Origin: Octopus sinensis
Lineage: Eukaryota
Length of the DNA stretch: 64,000 bases
NCBI RefSeq assembly: GCF_006345805.1
Contig: NC_043000.1
Span: forward strand, 111,972,001-112,036,000
Direction: 5' to 3'
This document shows, piece by piece, positions 63,654-64,000 of this stretch (its first letter is position 1; each line of letters opens with the position of its first letter). Position numbers and translations under genes: made by a program. The notes beneath the pieces are model-generated. The model did not search any database, had not been told where the DNA came from, and was given only the letters and a program-made list of their open reading frames with translations.

Positions 63654-64000
63654 AGACAAAAATGCTATGAAAAACTGTTGAATAAAGGGAAGTTACTCCA
63701 GTAGGTGTGGCGAAAGTAAAACTTCATTCATAGAAACTGCATATACACACATGTACACACATATACATACACGTATGTGTACACACACACACACGTGTAT
63801 ATATATATATATATATACATACTCACATACACGTGTACATAGATATACACACACCACACATATATCTACACACATGTATACATGCATACACACATACACG
63901 TGCCCATGCACACATCATTGTGTTCATGTACATATCTCTATACACACATGCACATACATACACAGATATACGAAACCATGCATATGCATACATATGTACA

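Overview
Eukaryotic, AT-rich, microsatellite- and transposon-dense genomic DNA. The SINE/LINE landscape looks like an octopus genome (inference from recognition, not a search). One protein-coding gene is supported: the 5' part of an OSBPL1A/ORP1L orthologue on the + strand. It has 12 coding exons from 21363 to 63474 (412 codons: ankyrin repeats, PH domain, start of the coiled coil), all GT-AG with consistent phases, and runs off the right edge. The rest is intron or upstream DNA holding at least five SINE-like families, RTE, CR1-like and Dong/R4-like LINE fragments, a decayed FLYWCH-MULE transposon, hAT- and piggyBac-type MITEs, and long simple repeats. Nearly all listed ORFs are microsatellite artefacts. 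The most notable unannotated signal is a set of type I hammerhead ribozyme motifs of Penelope-like flavour. One variant family (GUU site, palindromic stem III, bulged stem II) occurs three times and shows compensatory changes in stem I. Two of its copies form a 109-bp-arm palindrome in intron 3, where the only intact sense-strand ribozyme in the gene would be sequestered in a long hairpin. None of this has been tested computationally or experimentally.
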